A stretch of 48,571 bases of DNA from an uncultured bacterium (GCA_902791745.1 CADAWZ010000002.1:1-48571), one strand, 5' to 3'; positions 26,458 to 36,091 are shown, counted from the first letter of the stretch. The notes: generated by a model not told the origin, from the sequence alone. Program-made: numbers and translations.

Positions 26458-28287
26458 ATGAGTAAAAATGAACAACAAGATAATGCACAAGATAATGTAA
26501 TTATTTTATCTTCATATATAGACACAAATCAGGCCCATGATTTATTATTTAAATGGATTGAAAAGCAAAATTCAGAAAACTATGTCAGAGATCATTTTTT
26601 TGTCAAGGAAATGCACAAAAAATATTATGGCTGTATTGGTTTTTGGTTTCAAACAAAAGCACTAAATCCAAAAGAAAAAGCGACAAACATTGTAGTCATA
26701 GTTCCAGGAAGTAACAAAGTTCCAGAAGCTATAACTGAATTGTCTAAATATTATGATTACAACAAATTTGAAGAAACAACAAAAGAATATACTCCTATAA
26801 GTATAACAGATGACGAAGCAGAGCCAAAGGCTTATGAATTGCTAAAAAAACAATATCCAAGTCTTTTTGACGAATTTGGAAAATTAGATTCCAATACCGA
26901 GATAGCTGGAGCTTGTTCAGTTGCAATCCCAGTTTGGGAGGGTACATATAATAGCAAATATGGAAAAGAGCACAAATTTTATATAGATGCACAAACAGGA
27001 GAAACAACTGGCGATTTATACAATGACAAATCAAAAGCACCAAAAAAGCCTACAAAGCGTTTAACACCCAATGAAATAAAAGAACTCGGAAAATCAGACA
27101 TAGCTTTAGAAAAGATTACTTCAACAAGCAAAAAAGAAGAAACAACTTCTAAAAAAGATAAAACAAATGAAAAGCCAAAAGAAGCTCAAAAAGAAGCAGA
27201 AAATAATGATGAAGATGATGATATCGATGAAAATGAAAGCCATAGATATATCATTATCTTTCTGATAGTTGTAGCAATAGCAATTTTGTTATTTATAGGA
27301 TCAAAAATTTTAAACCCCAATCACGATCCTAATGTTCCAAATACACAAAAAACATCTATAACGGCTCAACAAAAACCAAAATATAATCCACCACCAAAAA
27401 ATAATGTGGAAAAAAATAAAACAGAAAGAGAAAAACCAGAAAATTTTGCTGATTCAATTATAAAAAAATTGGTTTCTCAAAAATATAAAGAAATCAACGA
27501 ATTAATGTCAAAAAATCCAGATGAATTTGCAGAAATAGAAGGCTATACAAATGTAACATCAGCATTTGAAAATTTAGGAGAATTAGAAAGTTATTATTCA
27601 AAAACAACATCTATATTTCCTGAAAAAACAACGAAAATATTTAGCCAATCTAATTCTAATGACAATTCAGAAAATAAATTACCTGATGGCTCTGCAATTC
27701 CCAATGTAATAAAAGAACAGGTAAAAGAAGACAACAATTTAATTTCTGTTTATACATCATATATAGAAACATATAATGAGACAGATTCAATTGGAAATTC
27801 TTCTGAAAAAAAAGATAGAACAATACTTATTTTCACATTATCAACAGAAGATAATAAGACAAAAATAAAAAGTGTTCACAGAAAATACGAGCAAGTTGAT
27901 GAAGACGCAATATCTCAGATAATAGAAAAAGAATCAAATTCTTACTCTGAAATATCACAAAATAAAGAAGAGGATAAAAAAGAAAACAAAACAGAAGAAA
28001 AGCCTAAAGAGGAAGAAAATAAAAATAATAGTGAAACTTCTTATCAACAACCTAAACAAGAAGTTGAATCACAAACAACAACTAAAAAGCCACAAATTAA
28101 TTTGATTCCTGAAGGTAGTACTTATGTTGAAAATGAACCTACAAAACCAAAACAGGAGAAAAAAAATATAGAAGAAGTTGAGACTTCAACAACAACATCA
28201 ACAACTCAACAAACAAATTCACCAAGTAATGTCTATTCATCTTCTGAAGGTTCTGAATCTGGTTCAGCAGGCGGTTCGGTTCAGTAA
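26458..28287 (+). CDS. Hypothetical single-pass membrane protein, K/E/N/T-rich
   Basis: 609 aa with one TM segment (YIIIFLIVVAIAILLFIGSKIL) near residue 265. Possible PepSY-like segment (FYIDAQTGETTGD). Low-complexity C-terminus. Confidence 0.7.
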   Translation: MSKNEQQDNAQDNVIILSSYIDTNQAHDLLFKWIEKQNSENYVRDHFFVKEMHKKYYGCIGFWFQTKALNPKEKATNIVVIVPGSNKVPEAITELSKYYDYNKFEETTKEYTPISITDDEAEPKAYELLKKQYPSLFDEFGKLDSNTEIAGACSVAIPVWEGTYNSKYGKEHKFYIDAQTGETTGDLYNDKSKAPKKPTKRLTPNEIKELGKSDIALEKITSTSKKEETTSKKDKTNEKPKEAQKEAENNDEDDDIDENESHRYIIIFLIVVAIAILLFIGSKILNPNHDPNVPNTQKTSITAQQKPKYNPPPKNNVEKNKTEREKPENFADSIIKKLVSQKYKEINELMSKNPDEFAEIEGYTNVTSAFENLGELESYYSKTTSIFPEKTTKIFSQSNSNDNSENKLPDGSAIPNVIKEQVKEDNNLISVYTSYIETYNETDSIGNSSEKKDRTILIFTLSTEDNKTKIKSVHRKYEQVDEDAISQIIEKESNSYSEISQNKEEDKKENKTEEKPKEEENKNNSETSYQQPKQEVESQTTTKKPQINLIPEGSTYVENEPTKPKQEKKNIEEVETSTTTSTTQQTNSPSNVYSSSEGSESGSAGGSVQ

Positions 28288-28311
28288 AATACAAAAAGGA
28301 AGTGTTAAAAA

Positions 28312-28599
28312 ATGCCTACATATTGTTATAGAGCAACTGAAAATTCAAAAGGTTGTGATTATTGCAAAGAAACATTTGAAGTAAAACAACACATGGACGA
28401 AGAAGCATTAAAAACATGCCCCAAATGTGGCGGAGAAATAGAAAGAATAATAGCCCCTTATGGTGTCTATTTTTACACAGACAGACAAAAACAAATGTTA
28501 AGTGATAAAAATTTAAGCCGAATGGGATTTACAAAACTTGTAAGAGAAGAAAAAGGAGTTTATAGAAGAACAACAACAGACCCTGAACAGGCTTGGTAA
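28312..28599 (+). CDS. FmdB-family zinc-ribbon protein
   Basis: MPTYCYRATENSKGCDYC...CPKCGG (CxxC_CxxC_SSSS type). RBS AGGAAG. Confidence 0.8.
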   Translation: MPTYCYRATENSKGCDYCKETFEVKQHMDEEALKTCPKCGGEIERIIAPYGVYFYTDRQKQMLSDKNLSRMGFTKLVREEKGVYRRTTTDPEQAW

Positions 28600-28602
28600 C
28601 AT

Positions 28603-28645
28603 AAAAAAAAACGGTTCTTATTAACACTAAGAACCGTTTTTTTTA
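28603..28645. terminator. Bidirectional intrinsic terminator
   Basis: A9-ACGGTTCTTA-TTAACAC-TAAGAACCGT-T8. Confidence 0.85.
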
Positions 28646-29278
28646 TACTATCAATATTTTTCTTTGTATTTTTTGTTCCAAAATTTTAAATGAAACATTT
28701 CCATTAGTCAAATTTAAAATATCCTTTTGAAATTTACCAATCATGTCACTTTTTACAATACAAGTGAGCTTAACATTATCAGAAAAATCAGAAGATTCAA
28801 TTTCAGAACCAAATTTTCCAATAAATGACAAAATAGAATCATAAAAAGAATAAGAAAATAACAAGTCTATTTTATCAACAGATGTTATAATTGATTTTTT
28901 TAAAAGTGGAATAATTTGAAATACACCTTCTGAATAAGCCTTAACCAATCCGCCTGTTCCAAGTTTTATACCACCAAACCACCTTGTAGAAACAAGCACA
29001 ATATTTGTAAATATACTTCCAGTCAATGCAGTTAACATAGGTTTTCCTGCTGTTCCAGGTGGTTCTCCATCATCAGAGCAACCAGATATTATACTATTTC
29101 CACTTCCAATCACAAAAGCTGAAACATTATGTGTCGCATCGGTATATTTTTTCTTTATTTCTGAAATAAAAGCCCTTGCCTCTTCTGCTGTTGAAACAGG
29201 AGAAGCTGTTACAAGAAATTTTGATTTTTTTATAACATAAGAGACTTCAGCTTTTTCAAAAGGTATAAATTTATCCAT
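28643..29278 (-). CDS. yigZ: YigZ / IMPACT-family protein (UPF0029)
   Basis: SKFLVTASPV, HNVSAFVIG, SDDGEPPGTAGKPML, RWFGGIKLGTGGLVKAY. Confidence 0.85.
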   Translation of the reverse strand: MDKFIPFEKAEVSYVIKKSKFLVTASPVSTAEEARAFISEIKKKYTDATHNVSAFVIGSGNSIISGCSDDGEPPGTAGKPMLTALTGSIFTNIVLVSTRWFGGIKLGTGGLVKAYSEGVFQIIPLLKKSIITSVDKIDLLFSYSFYDSILSFIGKFGSEIESSDFSDNVKLTCIVKSDMIGKFQKDILNLTNGNVSFKILEQKIQRKILIV

Positions 29279-29690
29279 AAATTTTATCGAATTCTTCGCC
29301 TGCTCCTACCCATGGCGTTCCAAGCCTATGATTTTCAGAAACTTTAACATTTTCAAATCTTTTTGCTACAGATGTAATTAAAACAGCTATCTCTCCCCAA
29401 TCATCCTTTTTTAGAGCATTAGCTATTTTATCTGCCAATATTCCTGTCCATTCCCATTCTATTCTAAATTTTTCAGATTTCTGCCAAAAATTTCTCTTTT
29501 CCCAAGCAAGTAAACTTTCATCTATTCCATTGCAAATTTTTTTCAAAAACACTGCAATACATTTTATCAATTCTTTTGACTTTTCGTCAGGATTTGGATT
29601 TTTAAATAATTCCTTTATCGAAATAACAACTATTTTACAAAATTTTGTTCTCTGTTTTCCTGCATTATCAGTATTTGAAATATAACTCAA
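29271..29690 (-). CDS. Hypothetical protein, translationally coupled to yigZ
   Basis: 139 aa, TTG start after GGGTGA. Its stop overlaps the yigZ start (ATGGATAA). W-rich core (FRIEWEWTG, HRLGTPWVGAG). No family recognised. Confidence 0.6.
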   Translation of the reverse strand: MSYISNTDNAGKQRTKFCKIVVISIKELFKNPNPDEKSKELIKCIAVFLKKICNGIDESLLAWEKRNFWQKSEKFRIEWEWTGILADKIANALKKDDWGEIAVLITSVAKRFENVKVSENHRLGTPWVGAGEEFDKIYG

Positions 29691-29853
29691 TTAAATCACC
29701 CTTTTATTTTCTTAAAAAATTTTCTTAATATTATATAACAATGTTAAAAAAACTTCAACAAAAATTAACATTTTTTTTATATATTATTTTAAATTTCATA
29801 GTATAATATAATGAATAAAGATTTTCAAAAAAAGAAAGAGTTAAGGAGCAAAA

Positions 29854-31629
29854 ATGAATTCAATATCATCAACCACTCCACAGATTTACAATAATTCAAA
29901 TAGTTCAAGTAGTATACAAAACATAAATCAAAATACAGAAAATATCCATGAAAATATTGGTGATTCTGTTTCAATAAATTATTCGTCAAATACAACTCAA
30001 GAAATATCAAGACAACAAATTCAACAGCAGACAAGAACTTCAGAATCTGCAACAACGGATTCAATCCAGACACCACAACAACAAGCTGAAGAAACGCAAG
30101 AGACTCCTCAGACACCCTCACAATCTGAGGAGATACAAGATACTCAAGCACCTTCACAGCCTGAAGAAACCCCAGAAAATGAAGAAGCAAATGCTGATAA
30201 TAACCAAAAACCAAGCATAAAAGAAAAATTATCAGAAATTGGCGATAAAGCACTCGAAGTTTATTTCACTATTGCAGATAGCCTTGATGCTTTTCCTGGA
30301 TTCATATACCCTGCAGTAACTAGTGCAACAGCAGAGCAGGCAGAATTTACATATAAAGTCCTTGATAAATTACCTCTTAAAGATGTTTCATCAGTGAGTA
30401 ATATAGAATGGGTTCCAGAACTGTTCATGAGTGCCGATAAAACAGCTCATGCTTCAGGTACTGCCTACTCCAATGTATCTCCATTTATAAAAATAGCAGA
30501 AGATCAATGTGGAGATTTAGGAAGATGGGCAGAAAAAACTATCATACATGAAACAGGTCATACAAGAGATTATAGTGAAGGTATCCTCAGCAATTTTGCA
30601 AGAGAAACCGACACTAATCCAATTTGGGGAGCAGGAAATAAAATAACAAGTTACGCTAATACAAGTCCTGGCGAAGATTTTGCTGAAAGTTATGAATACT
30701 TTCATACAGAAGGAGAGAAACTCAAAGAAATAGCCCCTGAAAAATATGATAGAATAGCAGAAATGGAAAAACCTGATGGAAGCTTAGAAGCAATAGTTGA
30801 AAGTCAAGATGCCTTCAGAGAAACAGGAAGATATATTGGGGAACAACTTTCCAAACATCCATATTTAAAAACTGGACTTGATACAGCTTCTTATATAATA
30901 ACTGGAGTTGCTACTGTTGTTGATGGTGTAAGATTATCCCATGGCATCAAAGAAAACGATGAAGCAAAACAAATGTCAGGTAATTTAGGATTGACAGCAA
31001 CGGCTGCATCATTTGCTTCCCCAATAGCAGGCATAGCAATAGATGGAGCAGAGAGAGCTTTATCACGTGCTATTGACAAAGGTCAAATAACAGCAGAAGA
31101 AGCAAATTATGTTGCTTCTCATACAGTAGGAGCTCCTATAGCAGGAGCCATAAAACTTGGTAAATGGATAAATTCAAAAATAACTGAAATAAAAGCAAAT
31201 AGAACAGAATCACAACCAACAACAGATTCAACATCTACAGATGAAACAAACACAGAAGAAAATCCACCTGCAATAAATGAAAATGAAGAAACAAACGAGA
31301 CAGAATCAACCGACAAACCAAAAGCAACATTTAAATCAAGTATAAAAGCACTTGGAATAGGTATTGGTGGAGCTGTAGGTGCTGCAGCAGGAGCAATCGG
31401 CGGAGTATATGCAGGAGTTACAGCAGGATTTGCAATAGGTGGTCCAGCTGGTGGTGCAGTAGGCTTATTGATAGGATTAGTTTTAGGAAATGCAACAGGT
31501 AATCATCTAATGGGTAAATTAGGTTCTATAATTGGTGGCAAAATACAAGATAAAGTTAATCCACAACCAACTCCAACAGAAGATCAACAAACAAACGAAT
31601 CAAGTAACACTGAAGAAGTTAATAGCTAA
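29854..31629 (+). CDS. Putative zinc metalloprotease, anthrax-lethal-factor-like (HExxH ... EDFAE), with disordered N-terminus and glycine-zipper C-terminus
   Basis: IIHETGHTRDY (nt 30547-30561) and GEDFAESYEYFH about 40 aa downstream, as in LF (HEFGH ... EFFAEAF). The first ~120 aa is S/N/Q/T/E-rich with no signal peptide. The C-terminus is GIGIGGAVGAAAGAIGGVYAGVTAGFAIGGPAGGAVGLLIGLVLG. RBS AGGAG. Confidence 0.55.
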   Translation: MNSISSTTPQIYNNSNSSSSIQNINQNTENIHENIGDSVSINYSSNTTQEISRQQIQQQTRTSESATTDSIQTPQQQAEETQETPQTPSQSEEIQDTQAPSQPEETPENEEANADNNQKPSIKEKLSEIGDKALEVYFTIADSLDAFPGFIYPAVTSATAEQAEFTYKVLDKLPLKDVSSVSNIEWVPELFMSADKTAHASGTAYSNVSPFIKIAEDQCGDLGRWAEKTIIHETGHTRDYSEGILSNFARETDTNPIWGAGNKITSYANTSPGEDFAESYEYFHTEGEKLKEIAPEKYDRIAEMEKPDGSLEAIVESQDAFRETGRYIGEQLSKHPYLKTGLDTASYIITGVATVVDGVRLSHGIKENDEAKQMSGNLGLTATAASFASPIAGIAIDGAERALSRAIDKGQITAEEANYVASHTVGAPIAGAIKLGKWINSKITEIKANRTESQPTTDSTSTDETNTEENPPAINENEETNETESTDKPKATFKSSIKALGIGIGGAVGAAAGAIGGVYAGVTAGFAIGGPAGGAVGLLIGLVLGNATGNHLMGKLGSIIGGKIQDKVNPQPTPTEDQQTNESSNTEEVNS

Positions 31630-31697
31630 ACAAGTAATTAAATAAAAAAATGGGCTGTGAAAAATTTCACAGCCCATTTTTTTATTTAATTACTTGT
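31630..31697. terminator. Bidirectional terminator embedded in a 31-bp perfect-arm palindrome
   Basis: ACAAGTAATTAAATAAAAAAATGGGCTGTGA-AAAATT-TCACAGCCCATTTTTTTATTTAATTACTTGT. It overlaps the stop codon of the minus-strand gene. Confidence 0.85.
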
Positions 31698-33567
31698 TCT
31701 TCAATATCAAAATACTATTTTCATCATTTGTAAATTGTTCGTAATTAGATTTTAATATTTTATAATCCTCAGGAGAAATTTGATTTGTCTTTATCTCTGT
31801 TTTTGCAGAATATTCTATTTTATTTTCTACTTTATCATAATTTGATGTCACAGTAAACTCTCCAAATTTACCACTAAAAGTTCTTGACTCAGGAACAAAA
31901 ATTGCTTCAAGATTTTTTGGCAACTGTAAAATATACTTATATTCTGCTGTTCTATTATTTCCTAAAACATAGGGATATTCTCTTTCTGGAACTGTTGTAT
32001 CAAATCCTATGCTCGAAAATTTAAAAGGTGGAGGATTTAAATTCAACAAGAAATACTCATTTTGTTTTAATGCAAATTTATTACATTTCATTTTTATTTT
32101 CATTGAAACAGGAATTGAATAATCATCAATCTTTGAGCACTCAAAACTTTTAATTTCTGTTGATGGTGAAAATGCTTCTCCAACTGCATTTATATACTTC
32201 TTCAAATTCTGTCCTAAATTTACTAACAATGGCAATCTTGCTGAAGAATCAAAAGAACCCTGTTCAAGAAAATCCATTTCAACATCTGCCGATCCATCAT
32301 TATTCAATTCTGCAATTATACAACTATAAGAAGAATTTGGAATATCAAAATAAGGCTCTTGTTTTACAAGTCTACATTTATCACCAAGAAGAATCAAAGC
32401 CTCTGAATTTGCATCTACTTTTACATATCCTGTCTGACCAGCAAGATTTACTGTATCAAGAAGTCCCCATCTTCCACTTTCTTTTCTCACTGCAAGCATT
32501 ACTATATCAAATTGCTTTATTGTTGGAACATTTTTGTGAATAGGAGCATTTGAATTTCTTATCAAAGCTATTTCAGAATCAATACCAAGAGCCTTTAAAA
32601 GAGCCTTTAAAAGAGTAACTCTATCTTTTCCATCACCATATTTTGAAGCAAGAGTTTCAGTAGCATATCGAGGCTTATATGAACCCATTCCAAGTGATAT
32701 AGGTGTATATTTAATATCCTGATTTATAAAACGAAGGCAACTTTTTATTTTTTCATCTTTTGTCTTACATTTTGCTGTTATCTGATTTGCCATATTTTTT
32801 ATGGCTTCATTTTCATAATCTGTTGCTTCAATCACATTTTTTTTGAAAAAATGTGTTGCTTGGTACCAATCTTTGGCAGTAGTATATATTATATATTTTC
32901 CAATAGTCTCTGTAGGAGGTCTTTTACCTTCTGATTTTAATTTTGGAATATCTTTTTCATCAATGGTTATTGTTCTTCCACTTTTTGTTACTTTTGTATT
33001 TGTCTCATATAAAAGTTTTGCATTTGCAGGTTCAGTTATTGTAACTTTTTTTCTAAGTGTACTATCTGAAGTTTCAAACAATATAAGCCCACTATCATAT
33101 CCTTCTTCATTTTTTCTGTCAACTGTATAATGAAGGTATAATGTGCTGTTTGGCTCAACAGACGAGAAAGAATATACTCTATTTATAAAATCACCATACA
33201 TCAAAGCATTTGCCATAAATGTAGGAGTAACATCATTAATTCCAGCCTTTTCTATCGGCTCAAATGTACCATCAGCTTTATATGTGCCACCTTTTATAAA
33301 ATGTACCTCTGCTTTTCCTTTATCAATAAATATTGGATAGTCAGCATGTTCTTCTCTTCCACTTTGAGTTAAAATTCTTGTAACTCTCTCAGAAGATGAA
33401 TGTCTACTTCCATCTTCATTTATTCTTATATCATATCCATTATATAATATTACCGCATCTGCATCTTTATTTTTTATTTTTATATTTACAAGATCAGATA
33501 TATTATCTGCAAAACATGTTGCACTCAATAGTATTGAAAAGAGAAAAAGACATATTAATTTTTTCAT
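31690..33567 (-). CDS. Secreted DUF3857 / transglutaminase-like protein, catalytic Cys and His replaced (predicted inactive paralogue)
   Basis: Signal peptide LICLFLFSILLSATCFA. Same architecture as the upstream gene, but the core motif reads KYGDGKDRVTLLKALLKALGI (Gly where the Cys is expected). Confidence 0.7.
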   Translation of the reverse strand: MKKLICLFLFSILLSATCFADNISDLVNIKIKNKDADAVILYNGYDIRINEDGSRHSSSERVTRILTQSGREEHADYPIFIDKGKAEVHFIKGGTYKADGTFEPIEKAGINDVTPTFMANALMYGDFINRVYSFSSVEPNSTLYLHYTVDRKNEEGYDSGLILFETSDSTLRKKVTITEPANAKLLYETNTKVTKSGRTITIDEKDIPKLKSEGKRPPTETIGKYIIYTTAKDWYQATHFFKKNVIEATDYENEAIKNMANQITAKCKTKDEKIKSCLRFINQDIKYTPISLGMGSYKPRYATETLASKYGDGKDRVTLLKALLKALGIDSEIALIRNSNAPIHKNVPTIKQFDIVMLAVRKESGRWGLLDTVNLAGQTGYVKVDANSEALILLGDKCRLVKQEPYFDIPNSSYSCIIAELNNDGSADVEMDFLEQGSFDSSARLPLLVNLGQNLKKYINAVGEAFSPSTEIKSFECSKIDDYSIPVSMKIKMKCNKFALKQNEYFLLNLNPPPFKFSSIGFDTTVPEREYPYVLGNNRTAEYKYILQLPKNLEAIFVPESRTFSGKFGEFTVTSNYDKVENKIEYSAKTEIKTNQISPEDYKILKSNYEQFTNDENSILILKNK

Positions 33568-33584
33568 GATTTATTTTTCCCTTC

Positions 33585-35537
33585 CTATATTTTTTCAAGA
33601 ATAATCATATATCTTTGATATTCTTTTAATTCAATTCCAAGCTGTTTCATTTCTTGGTATTTATCTTTTGATACATATCTTGTATTTTTAGCTTTTCTTC
33701 CATAGTATTTTATTGTTTTTCCATCTTCTGAAAGTGAACATTTTATATCAACTTCACCTTTTTTATCAATATTTGGAGGAAGTGATAAAATTCTATAATT
33801 ACTTGGAATTTCAAGAGTTCCCTCAATTATACATTCATCTGGGGTTCCCAAACTAATATCATACTGTCTCTCATCAGAGTCTGTAAGAGATTTTAATGCC
33901 TTTTTTACACTTGAATCAAATGGAAGATTTCTCTCTGGAAGTGGAACAAGTACAAATTTTCCTGCTTTTGTTCCATAATTTGGAGCAGTTGCTTTTACTG
34001 CCAATTTGAAAGGTGTATTTAAATCAGAAGGATCTGTACATTCTACATCATTTATTTCAATAGCTGGAGAAACAGTTTCAAAAACAGATGTCATTACTCT
34101 TTTAAATTGTTCAGTATTAAATCTTTGTTTGACATGCCTCAAATTCATTTCATAATCACCGCATGAATCAATAGAATATTCGTAATTAAGAGCTAAATCC
34201 TCATTCAAAATACCCTTTGTTCTAATTTTTCCTGCATTACTTGAAGGATTACATGGTGGCACTTTCATTATATCAGAACCATCTGCTGTTATTGGAAGAA
34301 CATATCTTTCACCTGCATAACTTGTTCCAAGTCCTGATGACAATTCAGTTGTTGGATCCATTATTATCTGTCTTTTGTCTTTTGTTGTTATTAAACAGAC
34401 TACATGGGCAAACAAAACTGTTGGAGAATCAGGTGATGTTTCAGTAGATGGATTGATCAATACATCACAACATTTTATTTTTGCTTCTCTCATCATTGTT
34501 GTCATTAAGAGTGCCTTATCTCTACAAACCCCATAACCTTTTTCAAATGTATATGGTGCTGGATGTGCTTCAATATATGCATTTTCGTCCATGGCTGAGC
34601 CCATGTATCTTATCTTTTGTGAAATAAATCTATGAATAGCAAGAATTTTTTCGTCTTCTGTATTACAATTTGCTATCAATTCTGCAACTTTCGCTCTTAT
34701 TGCTTTATCAGCTATGTATTTATCTCTATTCAATCCATAATAATATCTTGAAGCCTCTTTCCAATTTTTAAAAGTAGTAACAGATAGAGACAATGCAACA
34801 TCTGAAACATTGGGCATGACTGCTTCATCTTTAATTTGAGGAATATTTTCTTTTTCCCAAGAATAAATAGTTTTTTCACTATTTCCCTCTTTAGAAAATT
34901 TGACTTCTCCATTATTCACTTTAGTATATAAAGGAAAATCTGTAGGAGCAGTTATCTCAAAATATGAATGTAATACAGGAACTTTTAATTGAAAATACCA
35001 ATCAGTCAAATAATTGTCTTTTATAAGTCTTTTTGTTTTTGTTACGGTAACAGTTTCAACGGCCGCACCAACTGGTAATTCACCAATAACAGCTGTTTTT
35101 ACCCTCATAGAAGTCTCATATATATTCATTCGCTGGAGACCAGCTGAAGTACCGTCTTTTATGTCTTCTTGTGGAATTTCTTTCACTGTTCCATCTGGAA
35201 GATATATCTTTATTTTGATAGATTCTATATTTTGATATTTACTATCATAAGAAAATGTTTTTGTTCCAAATATTTTTTTACCAATATCAGTTAAAATCAT
35301 GGATAGATTATAAGAAACATCAGTATAATTTCCCTCTTTATCAAGGTCTATTTTTCCCACATCTTCCAATATTATATAAGACGCATCTGGATAATCCTTA
35401 GAATTTATTGATTTTATTTTCTCTTTTACATTGTATTCACTTGTATTTAAATAATCTGTTGAATCTTTAGCAAAGACCGAACAGGTTAAAAATAAAGCTA
35501 ATACAAAAGATAAAAAAACTTTAATTTTCAAATTCAT
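33585..35537 (-). CDS. Secreted DUF3857 / transglutaminase-like cysteine protease-fold protein (Cys-His-Asp intact)
   Basis: Signal peptide VFLSFVLALFLTCSVFA. Core GYGVCRDKALLMTTMMREAKI (Cys338, nt 34524-34526), then FAHVV and IMDPT. Confidence 0.75.
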   Translation of the reverse strand: MNLKIKVFLSFVLALFLTCSVFAKDSTDYLNTSEYNVKEKIKSINSKDYPDASYIILEDVGKIDLDKEGNYTDVSYNLSMILTDIGKKIFGTKTFSYDSKYQNIESIKIKIYLPDGTVKEIPQEDIKDGTSAGLQRMNIYETSMRVKTAVIGELPVGAAVETVTVTKTKRLIKDNYLTDWYFQLKVPVLHSYFEITAPTDFPLYTKVNNGEVKFSKEGNSEKTIYSWEKENIPQIKDEAVMPNVSDVALSLSVTTFKNWKEASRYYYGLNRDKYIADKAIRAKVAELIANCNTEDEKILAIHRFISQKIRYMGSAMDENAYIEAHPAPYTFEKGYGVCRDKALLMTTMMREAKIKCCDVLINPSTETSPDSPTVLFAHVVCLITTKDKRQIIMDPTTELSSGLGTSYAGERYVLPITADGSDIMKVPPCNPSSNAGKIRTKGILNEDLALNYEYSIDSCGDYEMNLRHVKQRFNTEQFKRVMTSVFETVSPAIEINDVECTDPSDLNTPFKLAVKATAPNYGTKAGKFVLVPLPERNLPFDSSVKKALKSLTDSDERQYDISLGTPDECIIEGTLEIPSNYRILSLPPNIDKKGEVDIKCSLSEDGKTIKYYGRKAKNTRYVSKDKYQEMKQLGIELKEYQRYMIILEKI

Positions 35538-35656
35538 ATCTTCTTCCTTTCACTATTTTTATAATGTAGATATTCCTTTTTATTCTATATAAATTATTTT
35601 TTTGCCTTTAGACACAAAAAATAATAAAATTATCAAAAAAAAACAATATTTTTTTA

Positions 35657-35685
35657 TTGCTTTTTATATTAAAAAATGATAGAAT
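35657..35685 (+). promoter_or_regulatory. Sigma-70-type promoter (TTGCTT-17 nt-TGaTAGAAT)
   Basis: Read directly, upstream of the 35767 gene. Confidence 0.4.
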
Positions 35686-35766
35686 ATTATAAGATTTTTG
35701 TTTTTTATTGATTTATTAAGTCTTTAAATTCAAAAATGATTCTGTCTTTCAAGGAGGATATAAAAA

Positions 35767-36060
35767 TTGACAGAATTTAGTGATAAAACATTAGTTTGTC
35801 GTGATTGCGGAAAAGAATTTATCTTTTCAGTAGGAGAACAGGAATTTTACAAAGACAAAGGATTTGAAAATGATCCTGTACGCTGTCCTGAATGTAGAAC
35901 CGCAAGAAAACATGCAAAAGTAAAAGGCAAAAAATCTTTTGAGCCTTTGGTTGAAGTTACATGTGATTCATGTAAAGCAGTAACAAAAGTTCCTTTCAAA
36001 CCAACTCAAGGTAAACCTGTCTATTGTAGAGACTGCTATGAAAAAATGAAAAATTCATAG
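35767..36060 (+). CDS. Double zinc-ribbon small protein
   Basis: TTG start after AGGAGG. Four CxxC pairs: CRDCGKEF...CPECR and CDSCK...YCRDCY. Confidence 0.75.
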   Translation: MTEFSDKTLVCRDCGKEFIFSVGEQEFYKDKGFENDPVRCPECRTARKHAKVKGKKSFEPLVEVTCDSCKAVTKVPFKPTQGKPVYCRDCYEKMKNS

Positions 36061-36091
36061 GTATGTTCAATGAAAAATATATTTTTGCCAT

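Noticed and set aside
29825-30253. 142-aa minus-strand ORF overlapping the start of the metalloprotease gene
   Set aside because: It is antisense to the Q/E/T-rich region (CAA/GAA repeats give TTG/TTC). It spans the promoter/RBS of the plus-strand gene and has no RBS of its own.
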